Part shown: positions 27,846-38,505 of the stretch, one piece after another
How the letters are laid out: each line of letters starts with the position of its first letter
How positions within the stretch are numbered: the first letter of the stretch is position 1
Source of the DNA: an uncultured archaeon
GTDB lineage: Archaea > Thermoproteota > EX4484-205 > JAAOZP01
Reading direction: 5' to 3'
Assembly (NCBI GenBank): GCA_938045545.1
Contig: CALIBN010000006.1
Coordinates: forward strand, 62,246-126,245
DNA: 64,000 nt
Notes under the pieces: model-generated
What the model was told of the DNA's origin: nothing
The model's input: the letters and a program-made list of their open reading frames with translations, nothing else
The model's database searches: none
Program-made: the position numbers and the translations under genes

Positions 27846-29771
27846 TTACTTCTTTCTGGATGCCACGAGCCAGCCGATTGCAACGCCTATTATAAGCGCT
27901 ACTATGCCAATGCCCCCGGCACTAACCACATCGAAACCTGGTGCTCCGGCAACTGTAGTAGTAACAGTGATTGTTACAGTTACAGCAGTAGGCGGCGACT
28001 TCGGCTGTATCCTAGCTAGTACGAAGAAGAACGTAGGCCACCAGTTGTAAGGCACTATGTACATATTGTCTTGAGAAGGCCAGCCAACCCAGTATTTGGT
28101 TGAGAAAGTCTGTACGAACGTCTTCTCAACCGCGGGAACAGTTATGCAGTCCCTCTGCACTATGTAAAAGGCTTCTTCCAGTAACGAGGCGGTACGCGGA
28201 TGGTCTAATGGTATTGTCCAAAGCTCATCTATTATGGCATCTAGCTCCGGGTTTCTGTACCTTGGATTAGCACCCTGGATACCGGGAGAGTTGGAAGTAC
28301 TACCGATAGGAGCGTACCATTTGCTGTGAAATACGTCTAGGGTTGACACAGGGTCACCCATGATCCATCCCGGGGTGCAGTGAGTACATATCCTTATGTC
28401 GTATTGGCCAAGCGCTGAGAGATCACCCAGCAGCGCACCTCCTATTTTAGTAGTGGCGTCTATTCCGACTGCCTTTAGTTCCTCCACTAGGTCATAACCT
28501 ATGTAGTGGGCAGCGTCTTCACCCAGCAGAAGCTCTACAGTGAACTTTGTCCCGTTAGGCAGCTCTCTAAACCCGTCTTTATCTATGTCCCGGAACCCTA
28601 GGGAGTCCAATATTTGTTTCGCCTTTTCAGGGTCGTATTTCAATTCGAAACCAAGTTCATTCTTGATTCTTTCTAGCCCCCTGTTAATCATGGGTTTATA
28701 CGGATCGAAAACAGCCCAAGAGTATGGCATCGGAAGAAGCCAATCTGTCGTCGGAGTGCCATTCGATAACGCATAAGCCCTAGCTAAGGCAGGACGGTTC
28801 ACTAAATAAGCTATGGCCCATCTGAACTCCCTTATGCTAAACGGATACTTGGCCACGTTAAACGAGTTAATCCCATAGGGACATGGGTCGGTATATGGAG
28901 CTATAACAATATCAATTGTCCTCCTCATAGCAGTACTGATCATCTCCCAAGTAAATATGTGGGGAAGCACGACATCGACATCACCCCTAACGAAGTCCTC
29001 AAGATCCACGTCGGCTGCAGGAATGCCACGCCATATCACGTATTTGGGAGTTGGGAAAACCCCCATATTTTTACCCCAGTAATCATCTCTCCTCTCCCAT
29101 ATGAACATCGGTATTTCTGGATAAACTGCATAAAGCTTGTAGGGGCCCGTGTCTACGGGTGGCCAATTCGCAAAGGTTTTCGGATCAACATTCTTCCATA
29201 TGTGCTCCGGGACTATGGGGAAATAGCTCCACATCCTGAATGTATGATGGAACCTTGGGTTAGGCTTCTTCAAGTGTACAACCAGTGTATAGTCGTCAGG
29301 CATTTCAACCGATTCAACCCATTCGTTAACATAACTTGAACCTCCAAAGTCAGGATTCTGTTTCAGCATGTTCATAGTGAATGCAATATCTCTTGCAGTA
29401 TATGGATGGCCGTCATTCCAAGTAACACCCCTCCTGATGTACAGGGTAAAGGTTCTGTAATCATCGCTATATTTCCACCCAGTTACTCTCCAGTATATGA
29501 TTTCGCCAGTAGCATAGTTAATGTACCAGTCCCATTCTTGTGCTATTTGGTGCCATCCAGAACCCCACTGCGAACCTTGAGGTATGAAGGGATTCGCTTT
29601 GTCAAATACCGTGAAGTAAGGTGAAAGCATTATCTCGGTAATTACTGTTTGATCCCGGGGGACAGGCAGAGCCGGTTGAGCCTTAACTGGCATTGCTAAG
29701 GGCATCAAGAAGGCAAATACAATTATTGATATGAAAATCGATTTAGCCATCCTTTTTAACAACATTTTCAC
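27846..29771 (-). CDS. Family 5 ABC substrate-binding protein (oligopeptide/oligosaccharide) with Thr-rich linker and C-terminal TM anchor
   Basis: Signal peptide; RRGVTWNDGHPYTARDIAFT, GPYKL, FRWAIAYLVNR; tail PTAVTVTITVTTTVAGAPGF-TM-SRKK. Confidence 0.92.
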   Translation of the reverse strand: MKMLLKRMAKSIFISIIVFAFLMPLAMPVKAQPALPVPRDQTVITEIMLSPYFTVFDKANPFIPQGSQWGSGWHQIAQEWDWYINYATGEIIYWRVTGWKYSDDYRTFTLYIRRGVTWNDGHPYTARDIAFTMNMLKQNPDFGGSSYVNEWVESVEMPDDYTLVVHLKKPNPRFHHTFRMWSYFPIVPEHIWKNVDPKTFANWPPVDTGPYKLYAVYPEIPMFIWERRDDYWGKNMGVFPTPKYVIWRGIPAADVDLEDFVRGDVDVVLPHIFTWEMISTAMRRTIDIVIAPYTDPCPYGINSFNVAKYPFSIREFRWAIAYLVNRPALARAYALSNGTPTTDWLLPMPYSWAVFDPYKPMINRGLERIKNELGFELKYDPEKAKQILDSLGFRDIDKDGFRELPNGTKFTVELLLGEDAAHYIGYDLVEELKAVGIDATTKIGGALLGDLSALGQYDIRICTHCTPGWIMGDPVSTLDVFHSKWYAPIGSTSNSPGIQGANPRYRNPELDAIIDELWTIPLDHPRTASLLEEAFYIVQRDCITVPAVEKTFVQTFSTKYWVGWPSQDNMYIVPYNWWPTFFFVLARIQPKSPPTAVTVTITVTTTVAGAPGFDVVSAGGIGIVALIIGVAIGWLVASRKK

Positions 29772-29887
29772 TCAAAGCATTATTAATTCAGGTACATATA
29801 AATCTTATGGTTAAAAAAGTAAACTCGACGGCCGGCGACAGAAAGCTTTTTATTTTAGATCTTTATCTTTCAAAGAAGGTAGAGTGA

Positions 29888-30907
29888 ATGACTAGTAAAA
29901 AACGCATTCTGCGCTATATGACGAAGCGTGTAATCGTCTACGTGATCACGTTATTCATATCATTCTCAATCGTGTTCTTATTCCTACGTTTGATACCGGG
30001 AGACCCTATAACACGATACTTGAGAATGCTTGAGCAGAGATACTCTTATTCAATGGAAATGCTGGATATTGTGGTAAAATGGAAGGCTGAGCTTGGTCTA
30101 GAAGGAGATCTATTTACACAATACTCGCGTTATATACAAAATTTATTCTTACGTTTAGATTTGGGCCCATCATTCGTGGCTTTCCCAACTCCGGTTCAGG
30201 ATCTCATACTGACGAGGCTGCCGTGGACGATAGCACTCCTAGGAGTGGCAACTTTAATTTCTTGGAGTATCGGTACTTTAGCAGGGGTAATATTAGGTTG
30301 GAAGAGAGGCACTAAATTTGACTCCACGCTTTTTACAATAGCTCTCTGTATGTCTCAAGTACCATATTATATCGCCGCAATTTTTTTAGTTCTACTTTTA
30401 GCCTATGTTTTCCCTGTTTTTCCATCCAGATATGCTTTTTCACCTGGAGTTCAAATAAAGCTCAGTCTCGACTTTATATCAAGTGTTTTATACCATTCTT
30501 TTCTTCCCGCATTATCCATAGTACTAACTTCTGCTTTTGGTTGGCTAATTTCCGCAAGGTTCCTTACCATTAGTATAATAGGTGAGGATTATCTTCTCTT
30601 TGCCCAAGCCAAAGGTCTAAAGGCAAACAGAGTCTTAAATAGGTACATTCTAAGAAATGCCTTATTACCGCAAGCCACAGGACTCGCCATGTCACTGGGC
30701 TTCATAGTAAATGGTGCTTACTTAGTGGAGTGGGTGTTTTCTTACCCAGGCATAGGAGGACTATTACAGTATGCTATAAATCTTGTTGACTATAATACTA
30801 TCCAAGGAATCATATTGATGTCAATCTTTACTGTTCTCACAGCCAACCTTATAATGGATCTGATTTACCCGTTGATAGACCCAAGAATAAGGTCTGGTGA
30901 GAGATGA
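29888..30907 (+). CDS. ABC permease DppB/OppB-like
   Basis: RLIPGDP, RLPWT, EDYLLFAQAKGL, EWVFSYPGIG, IDPRIR. Confidence 0.93.
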   Translation: MTSKKRILRYMTKRVIVYVITLFISFSIVFLFLRLIPGDPITRYLRMLEQRYSYSMEMLDIVVKWKAELGLEGDLFTQYSRYIQNLFLRLDLGPSFVAFPTPVQDLILTRLPWTIALLGVATLISWSIGTLAGVILGWKRGTKFDSTLFTIALCMSQVPYYIAAIFLVLLLAYVFPVFPSRYAFSPGVQIKLSLDFISSVLYHSFLPALSIVLTSAFGWLISARFLTISIIGEDYLLFAQAKGLKANRVLNRYILRNALLPQATGLAMSLGFIVNGAYLVEWVFSYPGIGGLLQYAINLVDYNTIQGIILMSIFTVLTANLIMDLIYPLIDPRIRSGER

Positions 30908-31797
30908 TGAATACTCTTAAGTTAAAAAAAGGATTAAAAAGCGCAGCATCATTTTTTGCGAGATCGACTGCCTTTAGAGTGGGAATTATCATGCTTAGTC
31001 TGATCCTGCTTCTAGCTTTATTAGAACCAGTCATAAACGGATACATTCTTAAAGGAAAAGGTCCTCTCAAGACCGGGGTTTTTGACAAATATTTACCTCC
31101 TTCTTTAGAGCATCCGTTAGGAACAGACCACTATGGAAGGGATGTGCTTGCTCTCTTACTAGCTAGCCTTAAGTATTCTTTGCTAATAGGAGCCTTCGCA
31201 GGATTGATCGCCACTTTGATCGGAACCACGATAGCTAGTTTATCCGGCTATTTTGGTGGCAAGGTTGACCTTATATTAAACAGTGTCACAAACGGGATGC
31301 TGGTTATTCCAAGTTTTCCGATTCTGATAGCTATTGCTGCGTATATACGACTCGATCTTATTACAATGTGCTTGGTCCTAGCGATATTCAGCTGGGCTTG
31401 GTCTGCACGCTTGGTAAGAGCCCAGATTTTAAGCATGAAGGAAAGACCCTATATAGAACTAGCTAAAGTCTCTGGCTTCCACAGTTTCGAAATAATGTTT
31501 CTAGAAATACTGCCGAACATGGCTCCCTTTATAATTATGGGTTTAATAAATAGCATAATGGGTGCGATGTTTGCTGAAACCGGATTAAGGGTTCTGGGTT
31601 TAGGGCCTGGTGAAATACCGTCTCTCGGCCTTATGATAAGCTGGGCACTTACTTTCGGAGCTATCTCCATAGGGCGTTATAACTTATTAGTAGCTCCGGC
31701 AGGGGCTCTCGTCCTGGTTTTCATATCGTTAAACTTAATTAACATAGGTCTGGAGGAAATATTTAATCCAAGGCTTAAAAAAATTACAGGGCTTTAG
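30904..31797 (+). CDS. ABC permease DppC/OppC-like
   Basis: HPLGTDHYGRD, ARLVRAQILSMKERPYIELAK, NPRL. Confidence 0.93.
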   Translation: MMNTLKLKKGLKSAASFFARSTAFRVGIIMLSLILLLALLEPVINGYILKGKGPLKTGVFDKYLPPSLEHPLGTDHYGRDVLALLLASLKYSLLIGAFAGLIATLIGTTIASLSGYFGGKVDLILNSVTNGMLVIPSFPILIAIAAYIRLDLITMCLVLAIFSWAWSARLVRAQILSMKERPYIELAKVSGFHSFEIMFLEILPNMAPFIIMGLINSIMGAMFAETGLRVLGLGPGEIPSLGLMISWALTFGAISIGRYNLLVAPAGALVLVFISLNLINIGLEEIFNPRLKKITGL

Positions 31798-31804
31798 AAA
31801 ATGG

Positions 31805-32809
31805 TTATTTAACATAGAGAAAGCACAGGACCCTTCTACCTGGCTCCACCTCTATCATAGGGGGCCTTTCTTTTTTACACACGTCCATAGCGTAGGGACA
31901 TCTTGGCCAGAATATGCAGCCCTTCTCTACCCTAGCCTGCTCCGAGAGGGAAGTCGCTTCTGCCAACTGCATCCGATCTTTCCATCTAGCCTTCGGGCTG
32001 GGAGCAGGTATTGAGGATAGTAAGAGCTTTGTATATGGATGCAATGGTTCATTTATAATTTCGTTGGTACTACCCTCCTCAACAACATTGCCTTGACACA
32101 ATACGATTAAACTATCTGCCACGCAGTTAGCTATATCCAGGTCATGAGTTATGTATAAGCATGAGGCCCCTATCTTATCTTTTAATACGCGTAACTGATC
32201 TAGGAATATCGCTCTTAAAGAAGCATCTATCATGGAGACAGGTTCATCCGCCACTATGAGTCTAGGTTTTATTAGAAGTATCCTGGCTAGCATTAGCCTT
32301 TGTCTTTCTCCTCCACTCAGTTGATGAGGATATCTTCCTAATATATCTTCAGGCCTGAGCCCCATGTCTTTCATAGCAGAAATAATCATATCTTCGATAG
32401 CTTTACCGTCGTTAACTATTTTCAACTTTTTTAAGGGCGCTTTGAGTATTCGCTCGACTCTATAGAAAGGATTATAGATGCTGTAAGGGTCTTGAAAAAT
32501 GGGTTGAACCTCTTTTAAATAAGCTAACTTATTTTTTCTGAGCCACTCCGATACAGACTTTCCTTTATATAATACCTTTCCATAAGTAGGCTCTAGCAAC
32601 CCCAAGATCAGTCTGGCTATTGTAGTTTTTCCACTGCCACTTTCACCTATAAGACCTATAGATACAGGCTTCTCAGAAGGCACTGAAAATGAAACGGAAA
32701 CTAATGCTTTAATAGTCGATCTACCTACTATTCCTAAACCACCGCCTACCCTATATTCATGCGTGACATCCTTCAATTCAAGAAGCGGTTCACTCTTCAT
32801 TTTAATCAC
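31805..32809 (-). CDS. ABC ATPase DppF/OppF-like
   Basis: GESGSGKTT, YPHQLSGGERQR, ADEP, HPYT, C-terminal Cys motif. Confidence 0.93.
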   Translation of the reverse strand: MIKMKSEPLLELKDVTHEYRVGGGLGIVGRSTIKALVSVSFSVPSEKPVSIGLIGESGSGKTTIARLILGLLEPTYGKVLYKGKSVSEWLRKNKLAYLKEVQPIFQDPYSIYNPFYRVERILKAPLKKLKIVNDGKAIEDMIISAMKDMGLRPEDILGRYPHQLSGGERQRLMLARILLIKPRLIVADEPVSMIDASLRAIFLDQLRVLKDKIGASCLYITHDLDIANCVADSLIVLCQGNVVEEGSTNEIINEPLHPYTKLLLSSIPAPSPKARWKDRMQLAEATSLSEQARVEKGCIFWPRCPYAMDVCKKERPPMIEVEPGRRVLCFLYVK

Positions 32810-33773
32810 CGTAAAGATGACATGCTACAAATCTACCTTGTTGAATTGATTTAACAGGAGGTTCGATTTCCCTACAGATATTCATGACAAAGGGGCATCT
32901 CGGATGGAACCGACAGCCTTTAGGCCAATCCAAGGGGCTTGGTGCCAACCCAGGTATACCCTTGATTATTTTCTTTTCAAGTGACGGCACGGCCGCTATC
33001 AGTCCTTTACTGTAGGGATGTAAAGGGTCCTCAAATAGTTCGTAGACAGGACTGACTTCTACAACTTTCCCCGCATACATTACGGCCACCCTATCACCAA
33101 CCTGCGCGTGAGCAGCCATGCTGTGAGATACTAAAACGATAGACATGCCGTACTTATCCTTGAGGGTCCTTAAAAGCTGCAGGATTCCCTTCTGAACAAC
33201 TACATCCAAAGCAGTGGTTGGTTCATCGGCTATAATTAGAGTAGGCTTCAAAGCTATGGCCATCGCTATTATGACTCTCTGTTTCATACCACCACTAAGC
33301 TCGTGAGGATACATTTCAGCCACCTTGGTAGATAGGCCCACTTCCTGAAGCAACTGCATTATAAGTTGCATAGCCTCTTTCTTTTTCATATCAGAATGAT
33401 CTAGTATAGCATCCATCATCTGTTCTTTGACTTTTAAGAAGGGGTTCAAAGAATTCATAGCACCTTGCGGAACGTAAGCTAACTTAGTCCACCTAATTCT
33501 GTTTAATTCTTTCTCAGGAAGTTTCAATAAATCTACTCCTTCAAATATGACTTTACCGCTGGGAATGTAGCCCGGAGTTTTAACTAGTCTAAGCATTCCA
33601 TCTACGAGGGTTGATTTACCACATCCCGATTCTCCAGCTATGCTGAAAACTTCATCGCGAACCACTTCTAAAGACACCCCGTCAACAGATTTATAGTCGC
33701 CATATATGCTTCTATAATATATTTTTAAATCCTTGACTTCCAGTATTTTATCCAAGACTTGCTCTGGTTCCAT
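32802..33773 (-). CDS. ABC ATPase DppD/OppD-like
   Basis: GESGCGKST, YPHELSGGMKQR, ADEPTTALDV, GCRFHPRCP. Confidence 0.93.
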   Translation of the reverse strand: MEPEQVLDKILEVKDLKIYYRSIYGDYKSVDGVSLEVVRDEVFSIAGESGCGKSTLVDGMLRLVKTPGYIPSGKVIFEGVDLLKLPEKELNRIRWTKLAYVPQGAMNSLNPFLKVKEQMMDAILDHSDMKKKEAMQLIMQLLQEVGLSTKVAEMYPHELSGGMKQRVIIAMAIALKPTLIIADEPTTALDVVVQKGILQLLRTLKDKYGMSIVLVSHSMAAHAQVGDRVAVMYAGKVVEVSPVYELFEDPLHPYSKGLIAAVPSLEKKIIKGIPGLAPSPLDWPKGCRFHPRCPFVMNICREIEPPVKSIQQGRFVACHLYGD

Positions 33774-33866
33774 TCGTTGAAAACTGCTTTATAAATTTTT
33801 GGTAAATGCTGCTTAGCATGTGCTGTTCTCAAAGCTAAAATTTATAAGTTGCTATTGGCGGGAAAC

Positions 33867-36092
33867 TTATTCCAAAAGGTACATATAGGTTACGTTTGCT
33901 CTCATATCTATGTCAAAACTGCTTGCTTCTTCAGCTACTTTCTTATCGTTCCAAAGATCAGTTACCGTCATGGATTTGGGTAGTTTTATAGTTTGTCTTC
34001 CAGTTAACCGAGGAGTTATAGAAAGGAAATGCTTATTAGCGTAAACAAGGTTCCCTCCCTCACTATATAGATGTACGCCAGCGAATCTAGCAATATTCCG
34101 CAAAACCTGCTTAGATATATAGGGTACTGCAACATATATTGACGTCCAGTTGTTAAACTCTCTTATGCAAAAACCTGGCTTATCGCTTGGATTGAGTCTA
34201 CCTAGAATCGTTGCCTCAGCGTCAGAGCAGTAGAAAAGCGGGGAAGAGACAAACGTTGGATCATCCTCTATAAACCCTGATTCTTTAAACAAAACCATGT
34301 GCCACCTACTTAATTCTGGTCCGAAAGAGTGACCAGCAGGCAAATCATGAGTTATCGGATGCTGATAATTAGTAATATCAATATGAGTATGACCTTTCTT
34401 TTTCTCATAATTTATTATCATTCCGGTAATTTGTCGCATGTTCTCAATATCAATTCCTTCATCAGATATCAATCCAGGAGCCCATTGCCATATCGCGACT
34501 TTTCCATCTTTTTTTATTAATTGATCTATGCTTCTGCGCTCATTCATGTCGATAAAGACATTGTTCATAAAGATGAACAGTTTATACCTTTCAGCATCAA
34601 ATCTGGGATTGGATAGGTCGCTTTGAAGATAGGTATCAAAGGGTGCACCTATAAAGGCAAGCTCCCATTGCCGCTGAACATTTCTGAGAGCCATTGCCAT
34701 ATTCTGGCAGGGTCTCATATAGAGGAGGCTTCTCTCGTCTAAAATCACTGCAATTTCTCTGTTAGATTCTTGGCTGAATGAGCTGAGCCTTTCTTCAATC
34801 TTCCTTAGCTTTCTGAGAGCCTCAATAATAGTTTCATGATGATACCAGCCTTGATTGAAGAGGTCTGTCCACCACATTCCCATGCCCATAGATTGTACAT
34901 AGGAATAATCGCGTTTTAGAAGCTCTACGGTTCCTTCCGCAGTTCTAGGTGCAAAATGCTCTAAATGATGCCACTTCAACGCAGGATCTGTAAGGAATGT
35001 TTTAGGATCAACTTCCGTGAAAAACATTTTCCCCTGCAAAAAAACGCTCTCCGGCAGAGATTGGGAATAGCATGCTCCTCCTAAAACACGATTCTCGTAA
35101 TCGTAAGGGGCAGCCAGAAAATCAACATAAGGCGATTTCAAAATCTTTGAAAGCGCTAAATGTCCAGCGTTTTGCATATAGAATCCTCTGAAAAAGTTGA
35201 GCCATATATATCCATAAAAAACACCAACTAATTTTCTGGTTTCGCTCTTAGCAACTTTACATAAGTTTAAAATTAGATCCGAATGCGTGTCTTGAAAACA
35301 TATTTCATAGTCAATCACATTCATCTGCTTCGCAGGATCTCTGATAGTTAATATTTCAGCCGAAAGCCTCTCGAGTTTGGTTGGAATCGTGATGGTGGAA
35401 AAATCTACATCTCTTTTTTTCCATGACCTTCTTAATGCTTCTAAATCATCTTTGTATTTTCTCCTTACCCATTCTCTAAAAGCGTTTAGCATAGGCTTAG
35501 AATAGTCCGGCCATGGAGTAGAACATTCCACCGGAGTCTTGCCTGGTTGACAAACCCATCGTAACGCATGGACATCCTTCTCGAAATTAGCCGAATCCCA
35601 AGCAAACCATTCGGAAAAATGGCCATCGCAAATATGATATCCAATTATGTTAGAAGAATATTGCGAGTTTTCAATATGCCTTATGAAATTTGACAATGCA
35701 TAAGATGCTTCCTCAAACCAAACAAGTGAAGCACTCGAATGACCAGAGCCAAGCTCTCCATTAGAAAGAACGACTAGTTCTTCGGGATGTTCTTTGCACC
35801 ACCAATCTTGGTTATTTCCGGGAAAGCTTATCCTTGGCAGGATCATAACGTTTGGATCTATAGATAAATAATCTTCAATGACTTTATCCGTGGCATCAAA
35901 ATTAAATTTTTTTGGTCCCACCCATCCCAAGGGAATATTCCAAGTAACAGTATTTATTCCAGCTTCCCTAAAATCGGAATAGTATTTGGGGCTTGCATAA
36001 CATATAACTTTTGACATGGGCACGCCGTCTTTAAAGACCCACATCGAACCCATGTACTTTCTTAATTGTACGGACATGCGGTTTGTTCTCAA
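33867..36092 (-). CDS. Uncharacterised clan-A-like glycoside hydrolase (beta-galactosidase/GH42-like)
   Basis: WWCKEHPEE, SSASLVW, IIGYH...EWF, DYS...FREW...Y..L.AL...W, FTEVDPKT and a trimerisation-like C-terminus; no signal peptide. Confidence 0.65.
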   Translation of the reverse strand: MRTNRMSVQLRKYMGSMWVFKDGVPMSKVICYASPKYYSDFREAGINTVTWNIPLGWVGPKKFNFDATDKVIEDYLSIDPNVMILPRISFPGNNQDWWCKEHPEELVVLSNGELGSGHSSASLVWFEEASYALSNFIRHIENSQYSSNIIGYHICDGHFSEWFAWDSANFEKDVHALRWVCQPGKTPVECSTPWPDYSKPMLNAFREWVRRKYKDDLEALRRSWKKRDVDFSTITIPTKLERLSAEILTIRDPAKQMNVIDYEICFQDTHSDLILNLCKVAKSETRKLVGVFYGYIWLNFFRGFYMQNAGHLALSKILKSPYVDFLAAPYDYENRVLGGACYSQSLPESVFLQGKMFFTEVDPKTFLTDPALKWHHLEHFAPRTAEGTVELLKRDYSYVQSMGMGMWWTDLFNQGWYHHETIIEALRKLRKIEERLSSFSQESNREIAVILDERSLLYMRPCQNMAMALRNVQRQWELAFIGAPFDTYLQSDLSNPRFDAERYKLFIFMNNVFIDMNERRSIDQLIKKDGKVAIWQWAPGLISDEGIDIENMRQITGMIINYEKKKGHTHIDITNYQHPITHDLPAGHSFGPELSRWHMVLFKESGFIEDDPTFVSSPLFYCSDAEATILGRLNPSDKPGFCIREFNNWTSIYVAVPYISKQVLRNIARFAGVHLYSEGGNLVYANKHFLSITPRLTGRQTIKLPKSMTVTDLWNDKKVAEEASSFDIDMRANVTYMYLLE

Positions 36093-36231
36093 TGTATGTG
36101 ATTTATTAATGTTTTCTTTTTTTCCGCTGAAGGACTTAACTAGCCAGCAATTGATTCAGGCCAATGGATAATGCTTCTTGTAATACCTAAAGCTTTTTAT
36201 ATAGGCTTTTAGCATATGGACTCTCGTCCAT

Positions 36232-37269
36232 ATGAAGAAAATAAGATTAGGCATAGTTGGATTAGTACATGATCATGTTTGGGGTCTACTTAAAGAATTC
36301 AGTGACTTAGAAGAGGTTGAGATTATAGCAGCCGCGGACAGAAATAAACCTCTCTTGCAGAAAGTAGGAGACCTCTTTAACTTATCCACTTATGAAGACT
36401 ATGAAACGATGTTTACGAAAGAAAAACTCGATGCAGTTCTTGTTTGCACAGAAAATAGTAAACATGCCGATGTGGTAGAGTCTGCCTCTGAAAGAGGTTT
36501 ACATGTTATGATGGAGAAACCCATGTCCGCTGATTTCGCGCAAGCTAAGAGGATAGTTTCGGCTTCTGAGAAACATGATACGAAGGTTATGGTGAATTAT
36601 CCGACCACTTGGAGCCCAGGAGTCCAACTGGCACATAGAATGGTGAAGAATGGTGACATAGGAAGAGTGCATCACATAAGGTTCAGGGCGGCTCATTCTG
36701 GACCGAAGGAAATAGGATGTTCCGAGTACTTCTACAGTTGGCTGTACGATAGAGAGCTGAATGGAGCTGGCGCATTCATGGACTACTGTTGTTACGGGGT
36801 TAACTTGGCTCTTTGGTTTCTAGGAATGCCTAGGAGCGTAGTTGCCATTTTCGGAACGCTGGCAAGGCATTACCTTACGGTTGATGATAACGCTATCCTT
36901 CTAATGGAGTATGCTGATGCCTTCGGAGTAGCGGAGGCTTCATGGTCCCAAGTCGGCAAGTATCCTATACATGGTCCGATTTTGAACGGTTTGCATGGAA
37001 CAATAGTCGTAGAGGAGGATGGAAAAGTGCGCTTTGCAAGAGTAAGAGAGGAAGGGAATTTTAGGAACGTGGCGGAAGAAGTGATAGATCCCCCACAGCT
37101 TCCCTTGGGCCTGAGAAACGGCCCAGAGTATTTCGTAAGATGCATTCTTGACGACAAACCTCTTGAACCACCTGTTGATGCAAAGTTCAATCTTGCGGTA
37201 CAGGAGGTCTTAGAGGCTGGGCTAACATCGGCAAAGGAGGGGAGGAGAATAGCTCTTCCAATCCAGTAA
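36232..37269 (+). CDS. Gfo/Idh/MocA oxidoreductase
   Basis: GIVGL, HVMMEKPM, GAGAFMDYCCY. Confidence 0.9.
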   Translation: MKKIRLGIVGLVHDHVWGLLKEFSDLEEVEIIAAADRNKPLLQKVGDLFNLSTYEDYETMFTKEKLDAVLVCTENSKHADVVESASERGLHVMMEKPMSADFAQAKRIVSASEKHDTKVMVNYPTTWSPGVQLAHRMVKNGDIGRVHHIRFRAAHSGPKEIGCSEYFYSWLYDRELNGAGAFMDYCCYGVNLALWFLGMPRSVVAIFGTLARHYLTVDDNAILLMEYADAFGVAEASWSQVGKYPIHGPILNGLHGTIVVEEDGKVRFARVREEGNFRNVAEEVIDPPQLPLGLRNGPEYFVRCILDDKPLEPPVDAKFNLAVQEVLEAGLTSAKEGRRIALPIQ

Positions 37270-37279
37270 GAGAGAATGG

Positions 37280-38326
37280 GTGAGAAACTTGAGAAAGATT
37301 GGTTTTGGCGTGATTGGATGCGGCGGTATTGCAAACTATTTCCATCTGCCAGAGCTTTGTAACATAGAGGAAGTGAATGTGGTTGCAGTGGCAGATATAA
37401 AGGAAAAAAGGGCCAGGATTACCGCGGGCAAGTTTAAGGTGCCAAACTGGTATACTGATTATTGGAAGCTGCTTGAAAGAGAGGACGTGGAAGCGGTGGT
37501 CGTAGCGACTCCTCACCCGACACACTCGCCTATAGCCGTAGATGCCATCAAAGCCGGGAAGCATGTAATCATACAGAAGCCGATGGCTACTAAGGTAAAG
37601 GATGCCGAGATAGTTGTTGAATATGCTAAAAAGCATAAAGAACTTAAGGTAATGGTGCTACCTTTTGTGTATTTTGATAATCCTTATTTTGACTATGTAA
37701 AGGAGTTGATCTGTAACGAGCATCTTGGTAAAGTATGCATGGCGAGAATTAGGGTGGCCCATTCAGGTCCTGAGAAATATCAGGATGATGTGGCCAAGAT
37801 GTTTGGTGAAGAAGGAGGGGATTGTTGGTTCTTTGATAAACAACGGGCTGATGGCGGTGCACTGTTCGACATGGGTGTATACTCTTTCACAATGGCTAAT
37901 TTACTCTTCGGGAAAGCTAGGCGATTGATATCCATTATGGATACGCTTGACAAGAAGGCTAGCGTCGAAGATTCTGCCGCGACTATAATGAACATGGAAA
38001 CGGGAAGCATAGTCGTGGCTGAGACTGCTTGGACACAAGCAAGGGGAGCCAATGAGATAATTATTTATGGTGTCAAGGGCATGTTGGTGTGGGAGGATTT
38101 TTTTGGGAATCCGATTGTTAAACACTATGATTCTTCAAGTTCATCTTGGAAGATCCCCTCTCTTTCAAGGGAAAAGGAACCTCAGCATACCCACCGTCAC
38201 TTTGTAAAATGCATTATTGAAGACGCGGTGCCAATCGGTACGGTTGAGGAGGGCAAATACTTGGTGGAGCTCATGGAGGCTGCTCGGAGATCATCGGAAG
38301 AAGGAAGAATCATAGATTTTGTATAG
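37280..38326 (+). CDS. Gfo/Idh/MocA oxidoreductase
   Basis: GVIGCGGIA, HVIIQKPM, GGALFDMGVY. Confidence 0.9.
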   Translation: MRNLRKIGFGVIGCGGIANYFHLPELCNIEEVNVVAVADIKEKRARITAGKFKVPNWYTDYWKLLEREDVEAVVVATPHPTHSPIAVDAIKAGKHVIIQKPMATKVKDAEIVVEYAKKHKELKVMVLPFVYFDNPYFDYVKELICNEHLGKVCMARIRVAHSGPEKYQDDVAKMFGEEGGDCWFFDKQRADGGALFDMGVYSFTMANLLFGKARRLISIMDTLDKKASVEDSAATIMNMETGSIVVAETAWTQARGANEIIIYGVKGMLVWEDFFGNPIVKHYDSSSSSWKIPSLSREKEPQHTHRHFVKCIIEDAVPIGTVEEGKYLVELMEAARRSSEEGRIIDFV

Positions 38327-38505
38327 TTGTTTGGCGTGTTATAACTTATTGTCTTGAAAAAAATTTAGGAAGCCTAATTTATACTTTTTATCGGAACACA
38401 GGATTTGAAGCCTTGCTCAATTACTCTGGTAATAGTTTCATTTTGTATAGTTTCGCCGTTTATACTTATCTCCAATAATGTTTTTATTGACCGTCTATAA
38501 AATCC

